A stretch of DNA of 64,000 nucleotides from Longimicrobiales bacterium (GTDB lineage: Bacteria > Gemmatimonadota > Gemmatimonadetes > Longimicrobiales > Gaopeijiaceae): assembly GCA_965202805.1 (NCBI GenBank), contig OZ241869.1:3520001-3584000 (forward strand). Reading direction: 5' to 3'. A program made the position numbers and the translations under genes. Below, in pieces: positions 37,169 through 49,031 of the stretch (position 1 is its first letter; each line of letters begins with the position of its first letter). Under the pieces are notes generated by a model, which was given only the letters and a program-made list of their open reading frames with translations, did not search any database and was not told where the DNA came from.

Positions 37169-39628
37169 ATGAGGATATTTGTCGCCGGGCTGATGGCTCT
37201 CGGCGTGACCGTGGCGGGCATGGAGCCCGGCATCTCCGGCTTTGACCGGGGAGCCCGGGGCGTTAACCCGGCGAGCGACATCTCGCTCGCATTCTCGGCG
37301 AACCGTGCGCGCGCCCCGCATCCCGCTCCGGAGAGCCTCACCAACATCGTGCAGACGTACTGCGTCGTTTGTCACAATGACGTCCTCCTGACCGGCAACA
37401 CCACGCTGCAGGGCTTCGAGGTCGAAAACGCGACCGACAACGCCCAGGTCGCCGAGCGCATGATCATGAAGCTGCGCGCCGGCATGATGCCGCCCCCGGG
37501 CTTTCCGCGGCCGGCGGGCGACTCGCTTCTGGCCCTGGTGGAGACGCTCGAGTCGACCCTGGACGAGGCCGCGGCGCGCAACCCCAACCCCGGTACCCGC
37601 ACCTTCCAGCGCCTCAACCGCGCGGAGTACGAAGCCTCCGTCGACGACCTGCTCGGGCTCAGGATCGACGCCGGCCTCTACCTGCCCCTCGACACCAAGA
37701 GCGCCAACTTCGACAACATCGCCGACGTCCAGTTGCTCTCCCCCACGCTCATGGACGCCTACCTGAACGCGGCCGCCGAGGTCAGCCGGCTGGCGGTAGG
37801 CAACCTGGAGGTGCTCCCGAGCGAGACCACCTACTCCAAGTCCGGTTACTTCTCCCAGTGGGAGCGCATCGACGGGGCGCCCTTCGGCACCCGCGGCGGC
37901 ATCTCCGCCCTGCACAACTTCCCCGCCGATGGCGAGTACCGCGTCAAGATGGCCTTCGACCACACCACCACGGGGGAGTTCTTCGGCAACGTCACGCAGG
38001 GCGAACAGATCGAGATCTCCATCGACGGGGAGCGCGTCGCGCTGCTCAACGTCGACCAGTTCATGCACGTGGCCGACCCCAACGGAGCGAACCAGGAGAG
38101 CCGGTCCTTCTTCGTCACCGCCGGGCCGCATCAGATCTCGGCGGTCTTCCTCAAGCAGTTCGAGGGGCCGGTGCCCGACCTGATGTCACGCCACGACTGG
38201 TCGCTGGCCGATCGCCGCATCGGCGCGGACGGGTACGGCATCACCGCCCTCCCGCACATCAAGGACCTGACCATCGCGGGTCCCTTCCAGGTGACCGGCG
38301 TTTCCGAGAACCCGGTTCGGCGCCGCATCTTCTCCTGCCGGCCCACCGCTCCCGAAGAAGCCGAGGCCTGCGCGCGCGACATCGTGACCCGGCTCGGCGC
38401 CCGCGCCTTCCGGCGCTCGCTCACGGAGCTCGATGCCGCGGAACTCATGGAGTTCTATCGGCAGGGCGAGGAGGCGGGCGGCTTCGAGACCGGCGTGCGC
38501 CTCGCGCTGCAGGCGATCCTGGCGAGCCCGGACTTCGTCTTCCGCTTCGAGCCGGTCGCCGGCAGCGAGCGCGACGGCAGCTACCGCATCAGCGAGCTGG
38601 CCCTGGCCAGCCGGCTCTCCTACTTCCTCTGGGGCACGCCTCCCGACGAGGAACTGGTGGCGCTGGCCGAGCGCGGCCGTCTCTCGGGCAACCTTCGGGA
38701 GCAGGTCGAGCGCATGATCGCCGACCCGCGTTCCGGGGCGCTCGGCACGCGCTTCGCCAACCAGTGGCTGCGCCTCCAGGACCTGGACCTGGTGCATCCG
38801 GACCGCCTGATGTTCCCGGACTACCACCAGCAGCTCGCCGATGCCATGACGAGGGAGACGGAGCTCCTCTTCATGAACCTGGTGCGCGAGGACCGCAGTT
38901 TCCTCGAGCTCTACACGGCCGACTACACCTTCGTGAACGAGCGGCTGGCGAGGCACTACGGCATTCCGGGGGTGGTGGGCGAGGAATTCCAGCGGGTCCG
39001 GTATCCCGACGACCGGCGCGCCGGCATCTTCGGCCACGGCAGCGTCCTCACCCTCACGTCGGTGGCCAACCGCACCTCCCCGGTGCTGCGCGGCAAGTGG
39101 GTGATGGAAGTGGTTCTGGGCACCCCGCCGCCGCCCCCTCCGCCGGGCGTCCCCGACCTGGAGGAAACCGAGGCGGTGGAGGGCACCACCATCCTCACGA
39201 CCCGCGAGCGCATGGAGAGGCACCGGGCAAGCCCGGTGTGCAACTCCTGCCATCAGTTCATGGACCCGATCGGGCTGGCGCTCGACAACTTCGACGTGAC
39301 CGGGAAGTGGCGCATCCGCGAGCACGGCATCCCGCTCGACACGCGCGGGACCTTCTACGACGGAAGCGACGTGACCACCCCGCAGGAGCTGCGCGCGGTG
39401 CTGCTGGAGCGCCCCGAACCGCTGATCCGCCACTTCACCGCGAACCTGATGGCGTACGCGCTCGGTCGCCGGATGGAGTACTACGACCAGCCCGAGATCC
39501 GTGAGATCGCGCGCAAGGCGGCGGCCGAGGGCAACCGCATGTCGGCCTTCATCGTGGGCGTCGTCGAGAGCGAGGCCTTCCAGATGAAGAGCGCCGTCAC
39601 GGCAGAGGACGCGCAGAGCGAAAGCTGA
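37169..39628 (+). CDS. DUF1592-family protein (DUF1587/1595/1592/1588/1585 array) with two CxxCH motifs
   Basis: CVVCH, RLNRAEY, ELALASRLSYFLW, RTSPVLRGKW, CNSCH. Confidence 0.88.
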   Translation: MRIFVAGLMALGVTVAGMEPGISGFDRGARGVNPASDISLAFSANRARAPHPAPESLTNIVQTYCVVCHNDVLLTGNTTLQGFEVENATDNAQVAERMIMKLRAGMMPPPGFPRPAGDSLLALVETLESTLDEAAARNPNPGTRTFQRLNRAEYEASVDDLLGLRIDAGLYLPLDTKSANFDNIADVQLLSPTLMDAYLNAAAEVSRLAVGNLEVLPSETTYSKSGYFSQWERIDGAPFGTRGGISALHNFPADGEYRVKMAFDHTTTGEFFGNVTQGEQIEISIDGERVALLNVDQFMHVADPNGANQESRSFFVTAGPHQISAVFLKQFEGPVPDLMSRHDWSLADRRIGADGYGITALPHIKDLTIAGPFQVTGVSENPVRRRIFSCRPTAPEEAEACARDIVTRLGARAFRRSLTELDAAELMEFYRQGEEAGGFETGVRLALQAILASPDFVFRFEPVAGSERDGSYRISELALASRLSYFLWGTPPDEELVALAERGRLSGNLREQVERMIADPRSGALGTRFANQWLRLQDLDLVHPDRLMFPDYHQQLADAMTRETELLFMNLVREDRSFLELYTADYTFVNERLARHYGIPGVVGEEFQRVRYPDDRRAGIFGHGSVLTLTSVANRTSPVLRGKWVMEVVLGTPPPPPPPGVPDLEETEAVEGTTILTTRERMERHRASPVCNSCHQFMDPIGLALDNFDVTGKWRIREHGIPLDTRGTFYDGSDVTTPQELRAVLLERPEPLIRHFTANLMAYALGRRMEYYDQPEIREIARKAAAEGNRMSAFIVGVVESEAFQMKSAVTAEDAQSES

Positions 39629-40132
39629 TCAGCCCCCGTCCTCGCCCTGCCGCTGTCCGAGTTCGGTCTCGAGCAGCAGGAGCGCCGACTTGTCGTCGCC
39701 GGCCAGGCGCAGCCGGTCGGCGATGTCGGAGGCCACCTTCTCCTCCTGCACCTGCTCGTTGACGAACCACTGCAGCATCACCTGGGTGGGGTAATCGGCC
39801 TCCTCCACGGCGAGGCGGTAGAGTTCGCCGATGAGCGCGGTCACCTTGCGCTCGTGGGCGAGCGCGGCCTGAAACACCTCAAGCGGCGACCCGAACTCCG
39901 AGGGCGGGGCGTCGATTCGCCCGAGCGCGACCCGACCGTCACGGTCGTTCACGAAGTCGAAGATGCGCAGGGCGTGCTCCCGCTCCTCGTCCGCCTGCAT
40001 GCGCATCCAGTGCGCGAAGCCCGGGTATCCGGTCCGCTCGAAGTACGCGCTCATGGAGAGGTAGTAGTGGCTCGCGTAGAACTCCTGCACGATCTGCTCG
40101 TTCAGCGCTGCCTGAATCCTGTCGCCGATCAT
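39629..40132 (-). CDS. ftnA: Non-heme ferritin
   Basis: LNEQIVQEFYASHYYLSM, QADEEREHA, LQWFVNEQVQEE. Confidence 0.9.
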   Translation of the reverse strand: MIGDRIQAALNEQIVQEFYASHYYLSMSAYFERTGYPGFAHWMRMQADEEREHALRIFDFVNDRDGRVALGRIDAPPSEFGSPLEVFQAALAHERKVTALIGELYRLAVEEADYPTQVMLQWFVNEQVQEEKVASDIADRLRLAGDDKSALLLLETELGQRQGEDGG

Positions 40133-40324
40133 CTGTTGTTTCCTGTGGGTGAATGGACGAACTGCCTTTGCGCCGATGCTTCCTCCAAGCCCGGCTTCCG
40201 TGCGGCTGATACCCCGTCCGGGAGACATTCCTTCCGGCCCATCACCGCGATGACAACGAGAGTTGCCGTCCAGGCTTGATTCCGCGCTTGCAACATGGTC
40301 AACTATATGGTTATGTTTCTGGTC

Positions 40325-40573
40325 ATGATCAGGATCAACATCGCGGAAGCGAAGGCCGGCCTGTCCGGATACCTGGCGCGGGTCGAGCAAGGTGAGACCA
40401 TCGTTCTCTGCCGCCGCAACGTGCCCATCGCGGAGATACGTCCGATCCCCGCCGCACCCACCCGGAAGCGTCCCATCGGCATCGATCGGGGCATGACCGT
40501 GCCGGACGATTTCTTCGAGCCCTTGCCCGATGAGCTCTTGCGCGCGTTCGGAACGCCGGGCGAAGAACCATGA
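40325..40573 (+). CDS. Phd/YefM-family antitoxin
   Basis: INIAEAKAGLS...GETIVLCRRNVPIA; ATGA overlap with the toxin gene. Confidence 0.88.
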   Translation: MIRINIAEAKAGLSGYLARVEQGETIVLCRRNVPIAEIRPIPAAPTRKRPIGIDRGMTVPDDFFEPLPDELLRAFGTPGEEP

Positions 40574-40956
40574 AGCTCCTGGTGGACACTTGCACCTTCC
40601 TGTGGCTGGCGGCTGCGGATCCGCAGGTGACGCCGGTGGCGCTGTCGGCCTGCCGAGACCCGGGGAACCCCGTCTACCTGAGCGCGCTGTCCGCATGGGA
40701 AATCGCCATCAAGCACCGGATCGGCCGGTTGCCTCTGCCCGACCCTCCCGTCCGCTACGTCGGGAGCCGGCGCGAATGGCTCGGTCTGGAGCCGCTGCCC
40801 TTCGACGAAGCCGCGGCAGCCCACGAAACCCTCCTGCCGCCGCTGCATTCCGATCCGTTCGACCGCGGGCTGGTCTCGCAGGCCATACTGCACGGACTGA
40901 CCATCGTCACGCCGGACAAGGCGATTGCCGCCTATCCGGCGCCGGTGCTGTGGTGA
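40570..40956 (+). CDS. vapC: PIN-domain VapC-type toxin
   Basis: LLVDTCTFLW, SAWEIAIK, HSDPFDR, IVTPD. Confidence 0.9.
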   Translation: MKLLVDTCTFLWLAAADPQVTPVALSACRDPGNPVYLSALSAWEIAIKHRIGRLPLPDPPVRYVGSRREWLGLEPLPFDEAAAAHETLLPPLHSDPFDRGLVSQAILHGLTIVTPDKAIAAYPAPVLW

Positions 40957-41042
40957 TGCCGTTCAGTTCTTTACTCCGGTGGCCCGCGCCTGTAGGTTTC
41001 TCCCTCCCCGCCTCCGGCGTTTCAGTTGAAACCCCGGAGAGC

Positions 41043-41414
<372 letters not shown>

Positions 41415-41446
41415 CGCGGGGGAGCACGCGGTCATGGCCGCGACCC

Positions 41447-41520
<74 letters not shown>

Positions 41521-41558
41521 TCCTCCCTCCCGGGCCCCGTAGTCGCCGGCCCGGGGGA

Positions 41559-42339
<781 letters not shown>

Positions 42340-42347
<8 letters not shown>

Positions 42348-43140
42348 AACGCCCCTCGATGTAGTCGTGCGTGCGCGGGTCCTTCACGATGCCGCCGAAG
42401 ATGCGCGCGGTGTCGCTGGTCTCGACGTGCTCGCCGGTCAGGAAGAAAGCGGTTCGGTCCGCCAGGCGCCTCGCCTGCTGTACGAGATTGGTCACCAGCA
42501 CGATCGACATCTCGTTCTTCAGCTCCTTGAGAACGTCCTCGATACGCATGGTGGTGACCGGATCCACGGCGATCGAGAATTCGTCCAGGAGCAGAAGATC
42601 GGGTTCCTGCGAAAGCGCGCGCGCGATGGTCAGGCGCTGCTGCTGGCCTCCGGAGAGCAGGCTCCCGAGCGAGTCCAGGCGGTCCTTCACCTCCTCCCAG
42701 AGGGCGGCCCGCCGCAGGCATCGTTCGACAATCGCGTCGAGCTCGCCCGCCTTGCGCACGCCCCGCAGCCGCGGAGCCAGGGCCACGTTCTCGTAGACCG
42801 TCAGCGGGAGCCCCACCGGGAGCGGAAAGACCACGCCGATGCGGCTGCGCAGGGCGTAGACGTTGCGCACGCGGCGGATGTCGCGTCCATCGAAGGTGAT
42901 CCGGCCCTCGACCGCCATCTCCGGGATGAACTCGTCCATGCGGTTCAGGGCGCGCAGGAACGAGGTCTTGCCCGAGCCCGCGGGGCCGATGATCCCCAGG
43001 ATCTCGTTGCGGCGAACGGACAAATCCAGTCCTCGCAGCGCCACGTGGTTCCCGTAGCGAATCGTGAGGTTCTGCACGACCACCTTCGGGGGCGCGTCGG
43101 CCGGGGCGGCGCCTCCCCTCGGAGCCACGCCCTCTACCAC
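42340..43140 (-). CDS. pstB: Phosphate ABC transporter ATPase, second copy
   Basis: GPAGSGKTS, LSGGQQQRLTIAR, LLDEFSIAVDP, YIEGRFG; GTG start inferred. Confidence 0.85.
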
Positions 43141-44024
43141 TTCTTCCTCCCGCGCACGTAGATGCGAAAGCCGATGGAGAGCGCGTTCATCACCAGCACC
43201 ATGGAGATCAGAACCAGCGCCACGCCGAAGGGCAGCGCATCCGGCGCGTCCGGAACCTGCGTGGCGATGACGAACAGGTGCAGCGACATGGCCATGGTCT
43301 GGTCCAGGACGCCCTGGGGCAGGAAGGGAAGGAAGAAGGCCGCGCCCGTGAACATGATGGGAGCGGTCTCTCCCGAGGTGCGCGACACCTCCAGGATGAT
43401 TCCGGTGAGGATGCCGCTCACGGCGTTGGGCAGGACGATGCGGCGGATGGTCTGCCAGCGGGTCGCGCCCATGTTCCAGCAGGCCTCCCGGAAGGCCCGC
43501 GGCACCGCCTGCAGCGACTCGCGGGTGGACACGATGACGACCGGAAGCGTCATCACCGCCAGGGTGAGGCTCGCGGCGAGAATGCTGGTTCCGAAGCGGA
43601 AGAAGAGCACGAACGCGCCCACACCGAAGAGGGCGTGCACGATCGAGGGAACCCCCGCCAGGTTGATGATGGCGAGGTTGATGGTGCGCGTGAGCCAGTT
43701 GTCGGGGGCGTACTCGCTCAGGTAGACCGCCGCCGCCACCCCCACGGGCACGGAAGCGACCAGCGCGACCGCCACCAGCCACACGGTCCCGACCAGGGCG
43801 GGCAGAATGCCCCCGGCGGTCATCCCGTCGACCGGGGGCGTGGTCAGGAACTCCCAGGAGATGGCGGGGCCCCCGCGCACCACCAGCAGGGTGAGGATGA
43901 TCACCACCGGCACGATCAGCAGCGCGGTCATCATCCCCAGCAGCGTGCGCACCAGCCACTCGACCCTGTGGTCGCGCGCGTTGCGCCGGGTGCCTGCAAA
44001 CAGCTCCACGGGTGCGGTCGTCAT
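43134..44024 (-). CDS. pstA: Phosphate ABC permease PstA
   Basis: AAVYLSEY, NLAGVPSIV, SRTSGETAPI. Confidence 0.92.
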   Translation of the reverse strand: MTTAPVELFAGTRRNARDHRVEWLVRTLLGMMTALLIVPVVIILTLLVVRGGPAISWEFLTTPPVDGMTAGGILPALVGTVWLVAVALVASVPVGVAAAVYLSEYAPDNWLTRTINLAIINLAGVPSIVHALFGVGAFVLFFRFGTSILAASLTLAVMTLPVVIVSTRESLQAVPRAFREACWNMGATRWQTIRRIVLPNAVSGILTGIILEVSRTSGETAPIMFTGAAFFLPFLPQGVLDQTMAMSLHLFVIATQVPDAPDALPFGVALVLISMVLVMNALSIGFRIYVRGRKKW

Positions 44025-44029
44025 CGCCT

Positions 44030-44959
44030 CTACCGTCCCTTCCTGCGGATCCCGCGCACGATTACGTCCGCGGTGAGGTTGATCGCGAAGGTCACCGCGA
44101 AGAGCAGGATGCCAAGGGTGAACAGCGCCTGGTAGTGGTCGGAGCCCACCGCGGTCTCGCCGAGTTCGGCGGCGATAGTGGCCGTGAGCGCGCGCACGGA
44201 GTCGAAGACGCTGTCGGGCAGGTTGATGGCGTGGCCGCTGGCCATGAGCACGACCATGGTCTCGCCGAACCCGCGCCCGACGCCGAGCAGCACCGCCGCA
44301 ACCAGGCCGTTCCTGGCCGCGGGGATCACCACCTTCCGGATCACCTGCCAGCGGGTGGCGCCCAGGGCCTCCGCCGCTTCACGGTAGCCGTCCGGCACCG
44401 CCTTCAGGGCGTCCTCGGCAATCGTGGTCATGATGGGCGCCGCCATCAGGCCCAGAATCACCCCCGCGTTCAGAACGTTGAGCCCGATCGGGACCCCGAA
44501 GGTGTCGATGATCAGGGGGTTGATGATGCTCAGGCCGATGAAGCCCCACACGACCGAGGGAATGGCGGCGAGCAGCTCCACCAGAACCTTCAGCGTTTCG
44601 CGCGTCCGCCCGCCCGCGAATTCACCGATATAGACGGCGGCCGCGAGCGAGAAGGGAATCGAGACCACCATGGCCAGGCCGGTGATGCTGGCCGTTCCCA
44701 CGATCAGCGCCACGGCCCCGTAGGTGGCTTCGATCGCGGATGTGGGCCGCCAGGCGATGGACCCGAAGAACTCGCCCGCATCGAATTCGGTGAACACGAA
44801 TCCGAAGCCTTCGCGGGCGATGAAGGCGAAGATGCCGACGATGAACAGGATCGCCGATATGCCGCCCACGAACACGAAGAGCGTCACGGCGCGGTCCATG
44901 TACCAGGCCGCACCGCGGCGATCGAAGTCGCGCGAACGCGCCAGGGCGTCCGGGGTCAT
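44030..44959 (-). CDS. pstC: Phosphate ABC permease PstC
   Basis: ELLAAIPSVVWG, GRGFGETMVV, TATIAAE. Confidence 0.92.
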   Translation of the reverse strand: MTPDALARSRDFDRRGAAWYMDRAVTLFVFVGGISAILFIVGIFAFIAREGFGFVFTEFDAGEFFGSIAWRPTSAIEATYGAVALIVGTASITGLAMVVSIPFSLAAAVYIGEFAGGRTRETLKVLVELLAAIPSVVWGFIGLSIINPLIIDTFGVPIGLNVLNAGVILGLMAAPIMTTIAEDALKAVPDGYREAAEALGATRWQVIRKVVIPAARNGLVAAVLLGVGRGFGETMVVLMASGHAINLPDSVFDSVRALTATIAAELGETAVGSDHYQALFTLGILLFAVTFAINLTADVIVRGIRRKGR

Positions 44960-45010
44960 GCGCAGCCAGCCCGCGTTCGGGCCCCCCAGGACTTCACCTG
45001 GTTGCCGTGG

Positions 45011-45904
45011 CTACTGCACGCATTCGACAGGGGCCACCGGCGTGTATCCCGCTTCGAGCATGATGCACTGACCCTCCTCGCCCAATACCCAGTCGAGGTA
45101 CTTCTTCACCTCGCCGACGGGATCGCCGGGGGTGTACATGAGGAGAGGCCTGGAGATCGGGTAGCTGCGGTCCAGCGCGGTTTCCATGGAGGGAGCCACG
45201 CAGGCGGCGCCGTCGCCGTCGACGAGGCAGGGCGTCTTGACCTCCGGGGTCGCGTAGGCGAGCCCGCTGTAGCCGATCGCGCAGGGTGTGTGGGCGACCA
45301 GGTCCACCACGTCCTTCGAGCCGTGCATGTCGTGGGACCCGAGCTTGAAGTCGAAGTTGTCGAGCACGGCCTCGCGGAAATAGGCGAAGGTGCCGGAGTT
45401 GTTCTGCCGGCTGACCCGCACGATTTCATCCGACGGGCAGCCCGGAACCTCGATGCCCAGCTGGCTCCAGCGCTCGATGGTCCCGTCGTCCCCGTAGATG
45501 CCGGCGAGCTGCCGCATGCTCAGGTCGTCGATCGGGTTGTGGGCATGGATGTACACCGCCAGCGCGTCGTAGCCGACCAGATGCTCGACCGGGTCGGTAC
45601 CGTTGGCACGTGCCGCGGCGATCTCGCTGGAGGTCATCCGGCGGCTGGAATTGGCGATGTCGACGGTGCCGTTGATCATCGCCGAGATACCGGTGCCGGA
45701 GCCTCCCCCGGAGACGGCGACCGCAACGGCGGAGTCCACCTCGCTGTACGATTCCGCCCAGGCCTGGGCGACGTTGACGAGCGTATCCGATCCCTTGTTC
45801 TGGATCACCTCGCGGGCCGAGTCCTGGGAAGCCCCACCGCAGGCAAGTGCCAGGATCGGTGCCAGGCTGGACAGGCCGGCAGCCCGCGAACTGCCGGATC
45901 TCAT
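45011..45904 (-). CDS. pstS: Phosphate-binding lipoprotein PstS
   Basis: Lipobox ALAC; KGSDT, GGGSGTG, DIANSSR, RQNNSGT, YPISRPL. Confidence 0.92.
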   Translation of the reverse strand: MRSGSSRAAGLSSLAPILALACGGASQDSAREVIQNKGSDTLVNVAQAWAESYSEVDSAVAVAVSGGGSGTGISAMINGTVDIANSSRRMTSSEIAAARANGTDPVEHLVGYDALAVYIHAHNPIDDLSMRQLAGIYGDDGTIERWSQLGIEVPGCPSDEIVRVSRQNNSGTFAYFREAVLDNFDFKLGSHDMHGSKDVVDLVAHTPCAIGYSGLAYATPEVKTPCLVDGDGAACVAPSMETALDRSYPISRPLLMYTPGDPVGEVKKYLDWVLGEEGQCIMLEAGYTPVAPVECVQ

Positions 45905-46034
45905 TCTCCGGTCTCCTTGCGCATCATCCCTCGATTCGGGTCGAAAGGCTCCGGGAATCCGGGGCGGAAGCCACAGTAAGCTATCCGCCCGACACACGAG
46001 TCGGAACCACCGGAGCGGGCGGGAACCCCTTCTG

Positions 46035-47174
46035 TTACGAAAGTGTTGCCTGCCCGGGAGGCGGAGGCTGATCCGGCCCGGCGCGCACCAGCCTCCACAC
46101 GCCCACGGTCAGTACCGGCAGCACGTAAACGGCCAGGAAGACCCAGGTCATGGTCCCGTAGCCGCGCGCGATCAGGTCGATCAGCCCGAACTGGGCGATG
46201 AGGGCGCCGCCGGCAAGCAGGCTCACCCCGATTCCGGTGCGCAGGCCCGCGGGCATCTTCGCCTGGCTGCGCGCATAGACCGCCGCGACGCGCTCGTTCA
46301 CCGCGTGGATCATCCCCGCCCCGGTTTCGATCAGGGTTCCGAAGAGCGCCAGCTGGAAGGCGAGCTGAAACCAGCGCATGCCGAGCGTCTCGAGCAGCGC
46401 GTTCGCGGGGACCGTGCGGTCAAGGATCTCCGGATACTGTCCCGCCATGGCGAGATAGAAGAGCAGGCCGGGGATGATGGCGATCGGGCCGGCGAGCAGG
46501 CCCGCGGAAACCGCCTCCCGGCGGGTGCCGACGTGCCGCATCACGAAGAGCAGGCCGGGAATGGTGGCGAGGTTGTAGGCTGCGTAGCGCACTCCGGCGA
46601 GGAACCAGCCTTCGCCCGCCGGGACGGTGGCGAAACGATCCGAGATCTCGCCTCCGAAGGAGACGAAACAGAGGATGAAGAAGAGGATGAACACGGCGTA
46701 GAGCACGAAGGACCAGCCGGCGAAGAACCGCTCGATGGTCCTCGAGCCGCGGAATACCAGGTAGCCGATGGCGGCGATCATGCCGAGCACGCCCGCGGCG
46801 TAGCTGATGCCGAAGGTCTCTTCGAGGATGCTGCCGGCCGCCGCCGCGATGACCGCGAGCACCAGCATCAGGAACGCCAGGTAGGCCGCTTCGTAGGCCA
46901 CCCACCAGCGCCCGCCCAGGAGGCGGCGGAAGAAGGTGCGGTAGTCGTAGCTGGAGAAGCGGCGGGCGAAGTCGAACGTCACCGCGCAGGTCAGGCTCCA
47001 GATCACCGTGGACACCAGCAGCATGGCCATGAGCCCGCCGCGGGGACCCTGTGTCAGGAAGAACTCCACGAGTTCGCGTCCCGTACCGTAGCCTCCCGCG
47101 ATCACCACCGACTGGAAGACGAATCCCGGGAGCAGGTAGCGGCGGAAGAAGGAGTGTCGGGTGGGGGTGCTCAC
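46035..47174 (-). CDS. YkvI-like membrane protein, putative transporter
   Basis: FQSVVIAGGYGTGRELVEFF; about ten transmembrane segments; GTG start inferred. Confidence 0.8.
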   Translation of the reverse strand: MSTPTRHSFFRRYLLPGFVFQSVVIAGGYGTGRELVEFFLTQGPRGGLMAMLLVSTVIWSLTCAVTFDFARRFSSYDYRTFFRRLLGGRWWVAYEAAYLAFLMLVLAVIAAAAGSILEETFGISYAAGVLGMIAAIGYLVFRGSRTIERFFAGWSFVLYAVFILFFILCFVSFGGEISDRFATVPAGEGWFLAGVRYAAYNLATIPGLLFVMRHVGTRREAVSAGLLAGPIAIIPGLLFYLAMAGQYPEILDRTVPANALLETLGMRWFQLAFQLALFGTLIETGAGMIHAVNERVAAVYARSQAKMPAGLRTGIGVSLLAGGALIAQFGLIDLIARGYGTMTWVFLAVYVLPVLTVGVWRLVRAGPDQPPPPGQATLS

Positions 47175-47396
47175 GGTCTGGTTCTCCAAGGCGAAGGCCT
47201 GCGGGGCCACGCGGGGGGCGGTGCCAGCCCTGAGCCTACCGGGGCCGGATGCGCATGGCAAACCGGGACGGAGGCGCCGGGCCGGTTCGCCGTCGAACAT
47301 GGCACGACTCTTGCATCACGGATGTGCGGCAAACCGAACCTGGCTGAAACCGGGCATGCGCCCTTCGCGTAGGCCCCGAGAGACAGGGGGAATGGG

Positions 47397-47576
47397 ATGA
47401 GCACGGAAGAACGAATCAGGCACCTGGGAAGGGCGGCATCAAGGGCGGAGGATGAAGGGAGGTACCGGGAAGCCCGCAATCTGCGGCTTCTTGCGCGTGA
47501 CGCTCGACCCATCTCTTCCTTGGAAGACGTTCCGAGCATTCCTCTGGCCGGTTCGAAGGGAATGAGTATCGGCTGA
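47397..47576 (+). CDS. Small hypothetical protein (59 aa; not in the ORF track)
   Basis: MSTEERIRHLGRAASRAEDEGRYREARNLRLLARDARP...; purine-rich RBS; followed by a terminator-like hairpin at about 47600-47637. Confidence 0.5.
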   Translation: MSTEERIRHLGRAASRAEDEGRYREARNLRLLARDARPISSLEDVPSIPLAGSKGMSIG

Positions 47577-47704
47577 GTCGCGATGTGTGGCGGGGTGGTG
47601 AGCCCCCGGGCCCGTTGACACGGGTTCCGGGGGCTTTGTGTTGCAGGGGGGATCCCTCCAGCGGCCGTCCGCCGTCCGCGGACCCGGGCTGCTCGGCCGG
47701 TTTT

Positions 47705-47816
47705 TCCCTCGGTTCCCTCGAGTCGATGATGGATTTCCGTCGTCGCCTTCATGAGCAGGAACATCCCGCCGGCGACCAGGATCAGGTCGCGCCCGGAAAC
47801 GGTGTGGCCGAGCACC
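47705..47816 (-). pseudogene. Isolated TerC-family fragment
   Basis: VSGRDLILVAGGMFLLMKATTEIHHRLEG matches the TerC motif SGRDLILxxGGxFLxxKATxE; the rest of the gene is absent. Confidence 0.7.
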
Positions 47817-47954
47817 GCGCGATCCAGGCTTCGGGAGAGGCGATCCATTCCATGGGGGCGATCCGGCGAGAGGACGCTTATCTTGGTGTGGGGCGAGGGG
47901 TCGGGGGGAGTCTTGAGCGAGAAGCTGGAAACTGACGTAGCGAGGAGCAAGGCC

Positions 47955-49031
47955 GTGAGATCGGGGACAGGCGATTGGCGTTTGGTCGGAGGGGTGCTGG
48001 CCGGTTTGGCGGTCGGGGCGTGCGCGGGCGACGACGAGGCAACTCAGCCTCTGTCCGGCTCGACCAGGGCCGCGGGGTCGGCCGCGGCGACCATCACCGA
48101 AACCGACTTCCTGGAGCGGGTGGCGATCCTGGCCCACGACTCCATGCGGGGCCGGGCCACGCCCAGCCCGGAGATCGAGGAGGCCGCCCGCTGGATCGCG
48201 GGGGAATTCGCCGCGATGGGGCTCGAACCCGCCGGGGGCGGCGGCGAGTTCATCCAGCGCTACTCCTTTCGGCCCCGGCGGGTCGATATCGTCGTCGCGC
48301 CCATCGACGCGCCCAACGTGGCCGCCGTCCTGACGGGCAGCGATCCGGAACTGCGCGGCGAGTACGTCGTGTTCAGCGCCCACATGGACCACGTGGGGGT
48401 GCGGGAGCCGGACGCGAGCGGCGACAGCATCTACAACGGCGCCGACGACGACGCGTCCGGGACGGCCGCGGTCATGGAGATCGCCGAGGCGTTCGCGGCG
48501 CTCGACGAGCCGCCGCCGCGGTCTGCGGTGTTCCTGCTCGTGAGCGGGGAGGAGCGGGGCCTGCACGGAAGCCGCGCCTATGCCGACGAGCCGCCGGAAC
48601 CGGTCGCGTCGGGGCGCATGGTGGCCAACCTCAACATGGACATGGTGGGCCGCAACTGGCCCGACACCATCGTGGCCATCGGCAAGGAGCACTCGGACCT
48701 GGGGACGACCCTGGAACGCGTGAACGCCGCGCATCCGGAGCTCGGCATGACCGCCATCGACGACCTGTGGCCGGAGGAGAACTTCTACTTCCGCTCGGAC
48801 CACTACAGCTTTGCGCGCAACGGCGTCCCGGTCCTCTTCTTCTTCAACGGAACGCACGCGGACTACCACAGGCCCAGCGACGAGGTGGAGCTGATCGACG
48901 CCGACAAGGGAGCGCGGCTGGCCCGGCTCATCTTCTACCTGGGGCTCGAGATCGCAAGCGCTCCGGAAGCGCCCGAGTGGAATCCCGAGAGCCGGCGGAT
49001 GATCGTCGAGATGATCGAGAGCAGACGATGA
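47955..49031 (+). CDS. M28-family peptidase lipoprotein
   Basis: Lipobox [41 protein letters not shown]. Confidence 0.9.
   Translation: MRSGTGDWRLVGGVLAGLAVGACAGDDEATQPLSGSTRAAGSAAATITETDFLERVAILAHDSMRGRATPSPEIEEAARWIAGEFAAMGLEPAGGGGEFIQRYSFRPRRVDIVVAPIDAPNVAAVLTGSDPELRGEYVVFSAHMDHVGVREPDASGDSIYNGADDDASGTAAVMEIAEAFAALDEPPPRSAVFLLVSGEERGLHGSRAYADEPPEPVASGRMVANLNMDMVGRNWPDTIVAIGKEHSDLGTTLERVNAAHPELGMTAIDDLWPEENFYFRSDHYSFARNGVPVLFFFNGTHADYHRPSDEVELIDADKGARLARLIFYLGLEIASAPEAPEWNPESRRMIVEMIESRR

Noticed and set aside
36974..38131. N-terminal extension making a 1500-aa protein
   Set aside because: Antisense to the DUF1592 gene; the signal peptide begins at 36973.
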